IMG/VR virus record: IMGVR_UViG_3300006919_000055
Coordinates: 1 to 61,861 of that record
Length of the DNA: 61,861 bases
Direction: 5' to 3' (one strand)
Source of the DNA: a virus
Taxonomy: Duplodnaviria > Caudoviricetes
In this document: in pieces, positions 44,525 to 54,381 of the stretch
Numbering within the stretch: the stretch's first letter is position 1
Layout of the letters: each line of letters starts with the position of its first letter
The notes under the pieces: model-generated
What the model was told of the DNA's origin: nothing
What the model saw: only the letters and a program-made list of their open reading frames with translations
Databases searched by the model: none
Position numbers and translations under genes: made by a program

Positions 44525-44945
44525 ATTTTCTCTAAATAAATTACTTTACAATAATAAAGGACAAAAGCCTAATATCCGAAATCAAGGTGAATTTTTGATC
44601 TGGAATTTCATTCCCCAAGCGAAAGACTTCACAAATAAAGAGTGGATTAGAGAAAAAGGTCTAGCTAAAAAGATAATAACTGAAGATTATAAAGAATTTA
44701 AATTTGATTTTTGGCTTCAATTTAGCTTACCCTTTCCAATTCCTAGTTTAGCTTATTTTCGCAAGTCTGCGGTTAAAAACGAAATTAAAAATGAGTACTA
44801 TAAATTTTTAGTACTTAAGAAAATTGATTTTAACCCTGAAAAGAAATACGATTACACTATACCAAAGAACGAAAAAATATCAAAATATAAAGCCCCCAAC
44901 AATAGTAAATTTAATTTTTTTAAAGATGAAAAGAAAAAAAAGTAG
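44502..44945 (+). CDS. basic hypothetical protein
   Basis: 147-aa ORF; TTGACA-18-TAAAGT upstream. Confidence 0.6.
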   Translation: MKSKKRPKFSLNKLLYNNKGQKPNIRNQGEFLIWNFIPQAKDFTNKEWIREKGLAKKIITEDYKEFKFDFWLQFSLPFPIPSLAYFRKSAVKNEIKNEYYKFLVLKKIDFNPEKKYDYTIPKNEKISKYKAPNNSKFNFFKDEKKKK

Positions 44946-46014
44946 CGAATCTGTATTAACTCCAGAAGAGCAAATAGAAGCTTATCTAGAGAATAACAAA
45001 GGAGATCATTATAACTTTGAAGAAGAAAGAAGTTATGCAGTGTCCAGTGGAAGTCTATTACTAGATATTGAAATGGGCGGAGGTATAGGACCCGGCATTA
45101 TAAGAGCCTCCGGAATAACTGAGGGAGGTAAAACTTCATGCGCCTTGTCTTTTGCAAAGAACTTCCAAAAACAGGAGAATAGCAAAGTTATATACATAAA
45201 GTCTGAAGGTCGTTTGACGGAAGAAATGATTTCCAGAGCTGGCCTCGACACCGATAAAAAGAAATGGTTTGTTTATAAAAGTAATACCTACGAATCCGTC
45301 ATCAACTTATTAAGAGAGCTTGTCCACAATAATGATACTAAAAGAAAATATATGTTCATTATTGATTCTATGGATTCCTTAGTGCCTAAAGCTGATTTAG
45401 AAAAATCGCCCGAAGAAGCTAATAAAGTTGCTGGAGGAGCGCTTCTAAGCTCCGACTTCCTTAGAAAAATGGCTTTATCAATGACATCTAAAGGTCATGT
45501 ATGTTATTTAATCTCTCAAGTTCGATCTAAGGTTTCTATAAATCCTTATGAAAAGTCTGACGCTAGAGTCACTAACGCTTCAGGAGGTAATGCTCTTTTG
45601 CATTATAGCGATTGGATTCTAGAGTTCCAAGAAAGGTATAAAGCCGATATCATTTTTGACAAAGATGGAAAAACTCCAATAGGCCACTGGTGCAAGGTTA
45701 TATTCAAGAAAACCCCTAATGAAAAAACTGGAGTGATAGTTAAATATCCCATCAAGTACGGCAGAAAAGAAGGTAAAAGTATATGGGTAGAAGCCGAAGT
45801 AGCTGATATGATGTTACAATTTGATATGGCTAAGAAAAGTGGCGCATGGGTATCCATATCTGAAGAGCTTATAGAGGAAGTAAAAAAAGAAACGGGAGAA
45901 GAAATGAAAAACCAACATCAAGGTTTTGATAATCTTAGAAAGTACTTTGAAGAAAATGATAAGATAGGTAAATATATTTTTAACAAATTTAGAGAAGTCC
46001 TAAAAAAGTCATGA
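44926..46014 (+). CDS. recA: RecA/UvsX-like recombinase
   Basis: SSGSLLLD..MGGG, GITEGGKTS, IIDS, SQVR, GGNAL.HY; start likely ATG 44926. Confidence 0.9.
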   Translation: MKRKKSSESVLTPEEQIEAYLENNKGDHYNFEEERSYAVSSGSLLLDIEMGGGIGPGIIRASGITEGGKTSCALSFAKNFQKQENSKVIYIKSEGRLTEEMISRAGLDTDKKKWFVYKSNTYESVINLLRELVHNNDTKRKYMFIIDSMDSLVPKADLEKSPEEANKVAGGALLSSDFLRKMALSMTSKGHVCYLISQVRSKVSINPYEKSDARVTNASGGNALLHYSDWILEFQERYKADIIFDKDGKTPIGHWCKVIFKKTPNEKTGVIVKYPIKYGRKEGKSIWVEAEVADMMLQFDMAKKSGAWVSISEELIEEVKKETGEEMKNQHQGFDNLRKYFEENDKIGKYIFNKFREVLKKS

Positions 46015-46427
46015 GACTTTATAATATATACGGGAAACTACAAAAGAAAAATGTTAGACCATATCTAATAGATTGGGACGGTAAATCTCGCTCTAAAATA
46101 CAATTTTCAGTAAAGCAATTTCTTAAGACCTTTTGGAAAACCCAAATGGTTTATGAAGAATTTCCCGTTTATGGCACTAAAATGAAAGTAGACATTCTTA
46201 ATGCTACAAAAAAAATAGCCATAGAGGTAAACGGAGGACAACATAATTCTTTTAATAAATTTTTTCATGCAAATTCCAGAGCCAATTACCTTAAATCTAT
46301 AAAAAGAGACATGGAAAAAAGCGAATGGCTAGAAAAAAATGATTTCACATTAGTTGAAATAGAAGAGGCCGAAGTTAAAAATATCTCAAAAGAGTTTTTT
46401 AAAAGTAAATTTGGTATAACATTATGA
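46011..46427 (+). CDS. Vsr/DUF559-like endonuclease
   Basis: EEFP, VDI, IAIEVNGGQH, RD..K..W. Confidence 0.75.
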   Translation: MRLYNIYGKLQKKNVRPYLIDWDGKSRSKIQFSVKQFLKTFWKTQMVYEEFPVYGTKMKVDILNATKKIAIEVNGGQHNSFNKFFHANSRANYLKSIKRDMEKSEWLEKNDFTLVEIEEAEVKNISKEFFKSKFGITL

Positions 46428-47719
46428 TTGATTGCATATATGTAATAGCTTTAGAAGAAAACCTCGTTAAAAAAAGAGAGGAAATTATAGAAAGAGTAAA
46501 TTCTCTTAAAATAGACTCTCAGCAATTAGTGTTGTTTAAAGCTGTTAACGGCTTTGATCCGAAGGTTGATTTTCAGTGGAGTTTATTTAACTGGAAGTTG
46601 GAAAATTCAGATAACTCTTGGTGGAATAGAGACATGAAACCCGGAGAAATTGGCTGCGCTTTGTCTCATTTATCAATCTGGAAACATGCATATTCTTTAA
46701 ATTATAAAAAAATTATTATTTTAGAAGAAGACTTTAAACCTATAAAGCAAATCGATCCAAATTTAATAAATGAACTTGATCAGAATGATTGGGACTTTTG
46801 TTACTTAGGCAGGAATAAGATAAAAGAAGACCAAAGTGAAGTATCTAATAATTTAGTGATTCCCGGATACTCTTACAATCTACACGCTTACATGCTATCG
46901 GATTCTGGGATTAAAAATTTATTACAATTTTCTTTTGAAAATAAAATAATGCCAGTTGATGAGTTTATTCCCGCTACTTTCTGCGATCACCCTAGACAAG
47001 ATTTAAATTTTATTTGGAAAGACACCAAAGCATTTTCATTTAAAGAGGACTACATAGGTCAATCTAGCACCAACACGGTAAGCTCTACAGAAAATTTAGA
47101 AAAAATAGTAAGTCCTCCCTCACAAATAAAAAACATTTCCAACTGGGATGAATGGAAAAGTAGGTATATAAATCCTGCCATGCTAGCAAAAGATTACGAC
47201 TTAATCGTAGAAGAGCCTGTCGCAGATGTAGCTCACTTCCCAATATTTACTAATAAATTTTGCGAGGAATTAATAGAAATGGCCGAAGAGGCTAATAAAT
47301 GGACTGAAGGTAGACATGACTATTACCCCACTCACGATGTATTGCTTTCGTCTTTAGGGTTTGATGAAATTTATAGAAAAGTCTTGTCGGAATTTCTTTA
47401 CCCATTAGCAGCTCACTACTACAAATTAGACGGGGGAAGATGGTTAAAATTAAATGCCGAGAATTTTATTATTAAATATTCTATGGAGAAGCAAGGATTT
47501 TTGTCTTTACATCATGACCAAAGCGTGTTAAGCTCGGTGCTTACTTTGAATGAGGATTTTGAAGGAGGTGGAACCTTCTTTTATCGCCAACAAAAAACCA
47601 TAATTGGTAAAACTGGCGAAATGTCTCTCCACCCCGGAATGATTTCCCACAGGCACGGAGCCAAACCCATCTCTAGCGGAACACGCTATGTCTTGGTGTC
47701 GTTTTTAAATTTACCTTAA
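46424..47719 (+). CDS. fusion of a GT25 (COLGALT-like) glycosyltransferase and a PLOD-like 2OG-Fe(II) lysyl hydroxylase
   Basis: N-half: GEIGCALSH, LEED, WDFCYLGR, YSYNLHAY, PVDEFIP. C-half: FPIFT..FCEELIE, LHHDQS, FEGGG, HPG..SHRHG, GTRY.LVSF. Confidence 0.85.
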   Translation: MIDCIYVIALEENLVKKREEIIERVNSLKIDSQQLVLFKAVNGFDPKVDFQWSLFNWKLENSDNSWWNRDMKPGEIGCALSHLSIWKHAYSLNYKKIIILEEDFKPIKQIDPNLINELDQNDWDFCYLGRNKIKEDQSEVSNNLVIPGYSYNLHAYMLSDSGIKNLLQFSFENKIMPVDEFIPATFCDHPRQDLNFIWKDTKAFSFKEDYIGQSSTNTVSSTENLEKIVSPPSQIKNISNWDEWKSRYINPAMLAKDYDLIVEEPVADVAHFPIFTNKFCEELIEMAEEANKWTEGRHDYYPTHDVLLSSLGFDEIYRKVLSEFLYPLAAHYYKLDGGRWLKLNAENFIIKYSMEKQGFLSLHHDQSVLSSVLTLNEDFEGGGTFFYRQQKTIIGKTGEMSLHPGMISHRHGAKPISSGTRYVLVSFLNLP

Positions 47720-47720
47720 T

Positions 47721-49280
47721 ATGAGCAGCAAACTATACAGAAGCGAACTAGAAAGGGAAACGCTTTACTCGCTATTAAAACATCCTAAAATTTATATAGA
47801 AAATCAATCTTGGATTAATCGAGAGAGTTTTCATCACCCCACTCATAAACAAATTTTTGACGTTTTTAAAATTCAAGTTTTAAACGGAGGCTCCACTGAC
47901 CCTGTTGTTATCGGTGAAAAATGTATTGAAGCAGGAGTCTTTGATAAAGACGGTGTAAACATAAAAGATTACATTAATAATATTGATCTTTTCAAAATTT
48001 CCCCCGAAGGAGCCAAAGAACTAGTTAATGACCTTTCTTTTAATCATGTTTTACGCAAAGCAGAAGATAAAATTTCTAAAATCCAAACTAAAATTTACTC
48101 TTCAGCTTCTGGGGATGACAAAGCTCAAACAATTCAAGAATTACAAGAAATTAGTAATGAAATAATCTTACCTAGTGACGAAGATACTCGTCCTAAAAAA
48201 ATCTATTCAGGGTATAAGAAAACGCTAAGAGATAGAGTTGATAATCCCGTGGAGCTAATGGGCTACGCTACGCCATTCCCTACGTTTAACACTATGTACG
48301 GTGGCTTTGAACCTAAAATGACATATGTTTTCGTAGGAAGAGGTGGCATCGGAAAAAGTACCATTTTACATTACTTTTCTAATCACCTATGTAAAGACCA
48401 CAACTTACCCACTTTAATTCTTGACACTGAAATGGCTGAAGAATTCGTAAAAGACCGATTCTTCGCGATGGAAACTAAAATTCCTAATTACGCCATTAGA
48501 ACTGGCAAAGTTAAATTTAATCCAGAACTTTCTTTAAAGTTTGACGAAGAGGTAGAGAAAATAAATGAAGATATGCCTTTGTATATTAAACACATACCGG
48601 AAGAAGGTATTGAGGAAATAAGGCAAATAATTTTAGAGTGGTACTACAATGAAGTAGGAGAAGGAAACCCCTGCGTAGTAACTTTTGATTACTTAAAATG
48701 TAACTCTAAGATGCTCAAGAATAACTGGGCCGAACATCAAGCTCTTGGAGAACTAATAGATCATCTCGATAAAATATGCACTAAAATTAATGCTATATTG
48801 CTAACGGCCATTCAAGCTAACAGAAAAGGTGATTCTTTCAACAGGTCATCAACCGAAGTTACTGATGACAGCACAATCATTGCAGACTCTGACCGAATAC
48901 AAAGATACGCCTCTTTTATTGCTGAAATTAGAATAAAAACTCCTGACGAAATTGTGCTTGATGAAGGCATTACCGCTGAAGAGGCAGAGGATGTCTTCCA
49001 AAATATAAATACGATAGGATTCAATCAGTTAAGATTTGGAACGCATAAAATGATCGTGTTTAAAGGGCGCAGCCAAGGTGAAAATGCGCCCGGAGCGTTG
49101 GATTTAGTATCTCGCCTCATGCCTAATGGTACATATAGGCTAGACAGAAATTATTTCAACCTTCATTACAATAACTTTGAAATCAGAGAGAAAGGTACTT
49201 TAAGAGAAATTACCACTCACGCGGAAAACAGACTAATGTTGGATGACATGAATCCCGCTGACGAAGAGGAGCTTATTTAG
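47721..49280 (+). CDS. dnaB: DnaB-like replicative helicase
   Basis: F..PTHKQIF, GRGGIGKS, LDTEM, FDYL, QANR, DSD.I. Confidence 0.9.
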   Translation: MSSKLYRSELERETLYSLLKHPKIYIENQSWINRESFHHPTHKQIFDVFKIQVLNGGSTDPVVIGEKCIEAGVFDKDGVNIKDYINNIDLFKISPEGAKELVNDLSFNHVLRKAEDKISKIQTKIYSSASGDDKAQTIQELQEISNEIILPSDEDTRPKKIYSGYKKTLRDRVDNPVELMGYATPFPTFNTMYGGFEPKMTYVFVGRGGIGKSTILHYFSNHLCKDHNLPTLILDTEMAEEFVKDRFFAMETKIPNYAIRTGKVKFNPELSLKFDEEVEKINEDMPLYIKHIPEEGIEEIRQIILEWYYNEVGEGNPCVVTFDYLKCNSKMLKNNWAEHQALGELIDHLDKICTKINAILLTAIQANRKGDSFNRSSTEVTDDSTIIADSDRIQRYASFIAEIRIKTPDEIVLDEGITAEEAEDVFQNINTIGFNQLRFGTHKMIVFKGRSQGENAPGALDLVSRLMPNGTYRLDRNYFNLHYNNFEIREKGTLREITTHAENRLMLDDMNPADEEELI

Positions 49281-49281
49281 A

Positions 49282-50160
49282 ATGAATGTCAAAGAAGTAC
49301 TCGGAGACCTTGGGTTAAAAGGATTGAAAGACTACAACCGTAACTTTCGTTATGGTCAAAAACTTCATTTAACAATAGATAAGAAAACTGGTAATTGGTA
49401 CAATTATAAAACTAATTCCGGAGGCCCTTTAGCCTACTTAGTAAAAGAAGTTTTAAATGTAAACTTCGAGGAAGCAAAAAAGTGGCTAAAAGAGCGTCAC
49501 AACTTTACCCAACTTGCTTCTGAAAAAACTGAAATTTACGATACTCTAAATTGCCCAGAATTTTTTAATAAAGCATTGCTTACTAAACTTTTACCTAATC
49601 ATCAATATTGGGAAAAAAGAGGGATATCCGATTCTACATTAGCTTTTTTTAGAGGCGGCGTAGTCTCTTCAGGAAAAATGGCAAACAGATATGTTTTCCC
49701 CGTATTTAACTATCAAGAAAAAATTGTAGGATTTACCGGAAGATCGATTAACGATCATAAAATAAAATGGTTCCATAGAGGCAACACTTCAAAATGGGTT
49801 TATCCAGCATTTTTTAACTTAAAATACCTAATGGAAAGCAAAGAGGTAATATTCGTTGAAGGCATAGGAGATATGCTCAAACTATGGGATTGCGGAATTA
49901 AGAATACAATGGTAAGCTTTGGTCTAAATGTAAATAACTCCATCCTAAATTTCTTGTTTAAGGTTCGACCCAAAAAAATATATATCTCCTTCGATAACGA
50001 CGACTCTAATGCTGGCAAAAACGCAGCAGAAAGAGTAAAGAAAAAACTTTTAAATCATTTTGATGAAGATAAAATACAAATCGCCCTAGCCTCTGGTAAG
50101 GATTTTGGGGAAATGTCTTGCGAGCAAATAGAAAATTGGTATAAAAAAATAAAATCGTAA
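49282..50160 (+). CDS. dnaG: DnaG-like primase (TOPRIM)
   Basis: RYVFPV..IVGFTGR, FVEGIGD, SFDND..G, KDFGE. Confidence 0.88.
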   Translation: MNVKEVLGDLGLKGLKDYNRNFRYGQKLHLTIDKKTGNWYNYKTNSGGPLAYLVKEVLNVNFEEAKKWLKERHNFTQLASEKTEIYDTLNCPEFFNKALLTKLLPNHQYWEKRGISDSTLAFFRGGVVSSGKMANRYVFPVFNYQEKIVGFTGRSINDHKIKWFHRGNTSKWVYPAFFNLKYLMESKEVIFVEGIGDMLKLWDCGIKNTMVSFGLNVNNSILNFLFKVRPKKIYISFDNDDSNAGKNAAERVKKKLLNHFDEDKIQIALASGKDFGEMSCEQIENWYKKIKS

Positions 50161-50162
50161 AA

Positions 50163-50768
50163 ATGAGAACTTGCTTTATAGATTCCACTAAATTAGGAGA
50201 AGAGCGCTCTTTCTGCACTTATTACGGAGGCACAGGAGTTTTTTCTAACGAAGAAGTAGATAAAATAAAAAAAACCGGAGATTCACTCACAAACGAGACA
50301 GCTAAAACTTTCGGACAAGGTGATCAAGGCGAAAATAGAAAAGGCTCAGTTGCTTGGCTCCCTTTAAATGAATCAAATAAATGGATTTACTCTAGACTTT
50401 TATCTATAACCGAAGAAGCAAATAACAGTCTTTGGAAATTTGACTTAACTGGGTTTTGGGAAGATTGTCAATACACCACTTATGAAGCTTCATCAAAAAA
50501 AGATGGAGACTTTTATGATTATCATTTAGATATAGACGGCTCGTATGGCGTTCAGCGTAAAATAAGCATTGTCGTTCAACTTTCAGATCAAGAAGACTAC
50601 GAGGGAGGAGAACTTGAATTAAAAACTAGCAAAAACTCGTACGTTGCGGATAAATCAAAAGGCTCTATTTTGCTTTTTCCCTCTTTCTGTTTACATAAAG
50701 TACATCCCGTTACCAAAGGCAAAAGGAACTCCTTAGTATTGTGGGTCTCCGGAATGCCATTTAAATAA
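50163..50768 (+). CDS. 2OG-Fe(II) oxygenase (PKHD/P4H-like)
   Basis: YDYHLD, RKISIVVQLS, YEGGEL, FPSF.LHKVHPVTKG.RNSLV.W. Confidence 0.9.
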   Translation: MRTCFIDSTKLGEERSFCTYYGGTGVFSNEEVDKIKKTGDSLTNETAKTFGQGDQGENRKGSVAWLPLNESNKWIYSRLLSITEEANNSLWKFDLTGFWEDCQYTTYEASSKKDGDFYDYHLDIDGSYGVQRKISIVVQLSDQEDYEGGELELKTSKNSYVADKSKGSILLFPSFCLHKVHPVTKGKRNSLVLWVSGMPFK

Positions 50769-51769
50769 TGAGTAAAGAACAAATACTTTCGGCCTCTAAG
50801 ATAAAGACTTTCGAGTCTTGCTCTTGGAAATACTGGTGCAATTACCACCTTAAACTGCCTCAAGAAAATAATGATGGAGCCAGAAGAGGAACGGTATGCC
50901 ACCTAATTTTTGAACTTTTAGTAAAAGCTAGACACAAAAAACATTTCGATTTAATTATGGAAGCTCAAACCCTAGACGCTTCCCCCGCAGTAAAACGTTT
51001 AGTCAAAAAATCTCTAGTAAAAGAAGAGGGTTATTCTGAAGAAAACTACTTGCTCTGCGAAGAGATGATATTAGTTGGGCTTGATAATGATTTTTATGGA
51101 GCTAAGGGAGAAGTTAATTCACCAGAGAAAGAGTTCCTTTTGGAAAGCGAAAGCCCAAAATATAAAATTAGAGGATTCATCGATAAGCCAGTTGAATATA
51201 ATAAAAAATTAAAAATTGTAGATTATAAATCTAGCAAAAGTAAATTTAATAAGAACGAGCTAAAGTCAAACGTGCAAGCTATGGCCTATACATTAGCAGC
51301 ACAAACGATATGGCCTAAACTAAAAAATGTTATTGTAGAATTCTTGTTCTTGCGTTTTCCTAAAAGCCCTTCTCAACAAATAAGGTTTACTAAAGAGCAA
51401 CTCTCCGGATTTGAATATTATTTAGAACATATATACACAATAATCAATAACTTCACAGAAAGTGATGCGAAAAGTAATTTAGCCTCCACCAAACCAATGC
51501 CAAAAAGAGACGAAGGCTTTTGCGGCCCTCTGAATTGCGGTTTTGCAAAATATAAAGGGCAACTCAAGAAGGACGGTACTTTAATGTGGCATTGCCCTTT
51601 TAAATTTGACTTTGAATATTACTCTTTAATAGACGCAGATGGCAATTTACTAAAAAACTCTTTTAACAAAGAGGACTTAGATGAGTCTAAAGGAGAAATA
51701 AAACATCAATCTTACGGGGGTTGCCCTGCTCACACTCGCCAAGATGACGATTTCGATTTTATGAATTGA
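50768..51769 (+). CDS. PD-(D/E)XK exonuclease (RecB/AddB/Cas4-like)
   Basis: LSASKI..C, GT..H, RGFID, IVDYKSSK, Q...Y, C-terminal Cys cluster. Confidence 0.85.
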   Translation: MSKEQILSASKIKTFESCSWKYWCNYHLKLPQENNDGARRGTVCHLIFELLVKARHKKHFDLIMEAQTLDASPAVKRLVKKSLVKEEGYSEENYLLCEEMILVGLDNDFYGAKGEVNSPEKEFLLESESPKYKIRGFIDKPVEYNKKLKIVDYKSSKSKFNKNELKSNVQAMAYTLAAQTIWPKLKNVIVEFLFLRFPKSPSQQIRFTKEQLSGFEYYLEHIYTIINNFTESDAKSNLASTKPMPKRDEGFCGPLNCGFAKYKGQLKKDGTLMWHCPFKFDFEYYSLIDADGNLLKNSFNKEDLDESKGEIKHQSYGGCPAHTRQDDDFDFMN

Positions 51770-51802
51770 CATAAAATTATAAGAGTGTTTTAATAAAGTT
51801 TC

Positions 51803-52564
51803 GTGGAAGAAGTATTACCATTTTTTAAATCGCATTACAGCATAGGTAGGTCAATTCTTACTCTAGAAAAACCTGACGATGTTATTTCGGGCGGGCCTGA
51901 TTCTATAATAAAACTATGCAAGGATAATGACTTAAAAGAATTTCATTTAGTGGAAGACAGCATGAGCGGTTTTCTCCAAGCTTATGTCAATTCCACTGAA
52001 AATAAAATTAAATTAAATTTTGGCTTACGCATAAATGTCTGCCATGACCGCTCAAAGAAAGAAGAGTCGGCATTAAAAGAGACATGCAAATTTATTATTT
52101 TTGCTAAAAATAAGTCCGGATACGAACGGTTAATTAAAATTTCAACTAAAGCTTCATTAGAGGGTTTTTATTATTACCCCAGAGCAGATTACGAATTGTT
52201 GAAAGAGTTCTGGGACGATAAAGATTTAATATTATGCGTCCCTTTTTATGACTCGTTCCTACATAGAAACACTTTAATGGGCTACAACTGTATTCCCGAT
52301 ATCTCCTTCACGAAGCCAGTGTTTTGTATTGAAAATAACTCGTTGCCCTTTGACAGCTTCATTTTGAATCGAGTTAATAAATACTGTAAAGATGAATTTG
52401 AAAAAGTGAACATTCAAAGCATCTACTACGCGAACAAAAAAGACTTCAAATCTTATCTTACTTTTAGGTGCATTGACAAAAGAACAACGCTTGATAAACC
52501 CAACTTTGATCACATGTGCAGTGATGAATTTTGTTTTGAAAAGTGGCAAGAAAAACAAAACTAA
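51803..52564 (+). CDS. stand-alone PHP domain of DNA polymerase III alpha
   Basis: KSHYS..S.L, FAKNKSGYERLIKIST, GFYYYPR.D. Confidence 0.8.
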   Translation: MEEVLPFFKSHYSIGRSILTLEKPDDVISGGPDSIIKLCKDNDLKEFHLVEDSMSGFLQAYVNSTENKIKLNFGLRINVCHDRSKKEESALKETCKFIIFAKNKSGYERLIKISTKASLEGFYYYPRADYELLKEFWDDKDLILCVPFYDSFLHRNTLMGYNCIPDISFTKPVFCIENNSLPFDSFILNRVNKYCKDEFEKVNIQSIYYANKKDFKSYLTFRCIDKRTTLDKPNFDHMCSDEFCFEKWQEKQN

Positions 52565-53037
52565 TGCATGAAGAAATTTTAACTGACCAAGAGTTAGCTA
52601 TGGTTACTTCTATAGCCGCTACTAGAACAGCCGTAGCAAGAGGCGCGAACGTCAAGGACGCAAAGATGGGAAAAAAAAGTGGTCTGCAATATGACATAGA
52701 TGGATTCATCGGAGAGTATGCATTTTGTAAATGGAAAAATATTTTCGTAGATTTAATTCCATCGCCCAGAAGCGGTTCGTATGATTGCTTAATTAAGGGT
52801 AAAAGAATAGATGTTAAAACCACCCGACATCAAAAAGGCCGCTTAGTTGCCGTCCTTAAAGACAATCCTGATGTTGACACATACGTGTTGGCCATAATTG
52901 ATGAAAATATTGTGCGCTTCCCCGGATACGCACACAAAGAAGACTTGTGCCAAAAAGAAAATATTAAAAATTTAGGTCACGGAGACGGATACGCCCTCGA
53001 TCAAGACCAATTAAAAAAATTTAAGCAAGATGGATGA
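52564..53037 (+). CDS. PD-(D/E)XK-like hypothetical nuclease
   Basis: G..GEYAF, YD....KRIDVKTT; start likely ATG 52564. Confidence 0.55.
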   Translation: MHEEILTDQELAMVTSIAATRTAVARGANVKDAKMGKKSGLQYDIDGFIGEYAFCKWKNIFVDLIPSPRSGSYDCLIKGKRIDVKTTRHQKGRLVAVLKDNPDVDTYVLAIIDENIVRFPGYAHKEDLCQKENIKNLGHGDGYALDQDQLKKFKQDG

Positions 53038-53668
53038 GCATTTATTAAGATTTGATAAAGAAAAAGAGTTAGTTTTCATTGACTGTGAGACCTTTAACCT
53101 CTGTTTACACTCATGCCATAATCTACCTTGGCAAATCGCCATGATTAAGGTAAAAGGGGGCCGTATAATCGATTCTAAGGACTTTTACATCAAATGGGAC
53201 ACTCACCTTAAGATTAGCAAAGAGGCGGCTATAATCACTAAATTTAGCCAATCTAAACTAGACAAGGTTGGCGTTCCTCCAGAAGAAATATTTCCTACCG
53301 TAGAAGATTGGTTAGATAATTCTGATCACATTTTAGGTCATAATTTACTTGGCTTTGATATCTACTTAATAAAGTCTTTTTATGATTACATGGGCAAGGA
53401 TTATTCTCCTTTAGTTAATAAAGTCATAGATACTTTGAGCTTGGGGAGGGGTTTAGCTCACGAAGTTAAATATAATCCTGACGATTGTTTTATGGAGTAC
53501 CAATACCGGATGATTCATAAATTAAAAAGAGGAGTTAGAACTACGTTAAAAGCTATGGGTGAATCTTTTGATATTCCTCACGACTACGACAAGCTTCACA
53601 ACGCTTTAGTCGATTTAGAATTAAATGTAAAAGTATGGGATAAGTTGAAATGGAAATTTGAAATATGA
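53030..53668 (+). CDS. DEDDh 3'-5' exonuclease (Pol III epsilon-like)
   Basis: FIDCET, GHN..FD, DTL, HNALVD. Confidence 0.88.
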   Translation: MDEHLLRFDKEKELVFIDCETFNLCLHSCHNLPWQIAMIKVKGGRIIDSKDFYIKWDTHLKISKEAAIITKFSQSKLDKVGVPPEEIFPTVEDWLDNSDHILGHNLLGFDIYLIKSFYDYMGKDYSPLVNKVIDTLSLGRGLAHEVKYNPDDCFMEYQYRMIHKLKRGVRTTLKAMGESFDIPHDYDKLHNALVDLELNVKVWDKLKWKFEI

Positions 53669-54381
53669 TTGAAGATATTCCTAATACTTCTGAAAATTTA
53701 ACTTCTATTAACGAAAATACTCTTGAAAACGGAGTCTTCGAAAAATGGAATAATTTAAAAAAAGATATTACAATAGGAGTAGTTACGTATAGTCAAAATT
53801 ATCTCCTTAAAACTCTAATAAATTCTTTTCAAAGCCAAAATTCAGATAACTGGAAAATGGTAATAATACATGACGGGCCGATTAATAAGGATTTATATAG
53901 AAGTTTAATTGCTAATAAGTATCTGACCGACGAAAGGGTACTACTCGTAACTTCAGAGGGTAGGTATGATGATTACGGCCATTCTTTAAGAAATATAATC
54001 ATTCAAAAATATTGCAATACAGATTGGATACTTTTAACGAATGGAGACAACTACTATACCCCTAATTTCATAGAGAATATGACGCATGAAATTGGTAAAG
54101 ATAAAGATTTAGCTATGGTGGTTTTTCCCTGTATACTTCAAAGAGCGGCTGAAGATAACGATAGATTAAGACAAAACTTTACTAATGCGTCACCTGAAAT
54201 AAGAGTAGGATTTGTAGATATCGGTCAATTCATAGTTAAACACGAGTTTGCTCGCAAGTTTAAAATTAACCCAACTGCAATAGCAGACGGAGAATTTTGC
54301 GTTAACTGCGCGGCTGATATTAAAAAACATGGCAAAAAAATTCACAGAACATATTCCGTAGATTTTGTTCATAACAACTGA
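53665..54381 (+). CDS. glycosyltransferase family 2
   Basis: S.Q.Q..W...IIHDG, GHSLRN, TNGDNYY, DIGQF, ADG. Confidence 0.75.
   Translation: MIEDIPNTSENLTSINENTLENGVFEKWNNLKKDITIGVVTYSQNYLLKTLINSFQSQNSDNWKMVIIHDGPINKDLYRSLIANKYLTDERVLLVTSEGRYDDYGHSLRNIIIQKYCNTDWILLTNGDNYYTPNFIENMTHEIGKDKDLAMVVFPCILQRAAEDNDRLRQNFTNASPEIRVGFVDIGQFIVKHEFARKFKINPTAIADGEFCVNCAADIKKHGKKIHRTYSVDFVHNN

Noticed and set aside
15924-44926. ORF-track starts at 16355, 19128, 26258, 30082 and 44824
   Set aside because: These upstream starts run into an RNA element, a promoter or a neighbouring gene, or are weak TTG starts; downstream ATGs fit better
36452-50768. TET/JBP-type DNA base oxidases
   Set aside because: Motifs of the three oxygenases fit P4H/PKHD/PLOD families; no cytosine methyltransferase partner is seen in the window
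50768-51769. Cas4 as part of a CRISPR system
   Set aside because: Stand-alone PD-(D/E)XK exonuclease in a replication cluster, common in phages; no cas1/cas2 or array
52530-54381. Possible split intein joining PHP and DnaE (CF near the PHP end, VHNN at the end of 53665-54381)
   Set aside because: Only ~10 residues follow the CF. The VHNN ends a GT2-like protein at a stop codon, with no following Cys/Ser/Thr extein and no intein blocks.
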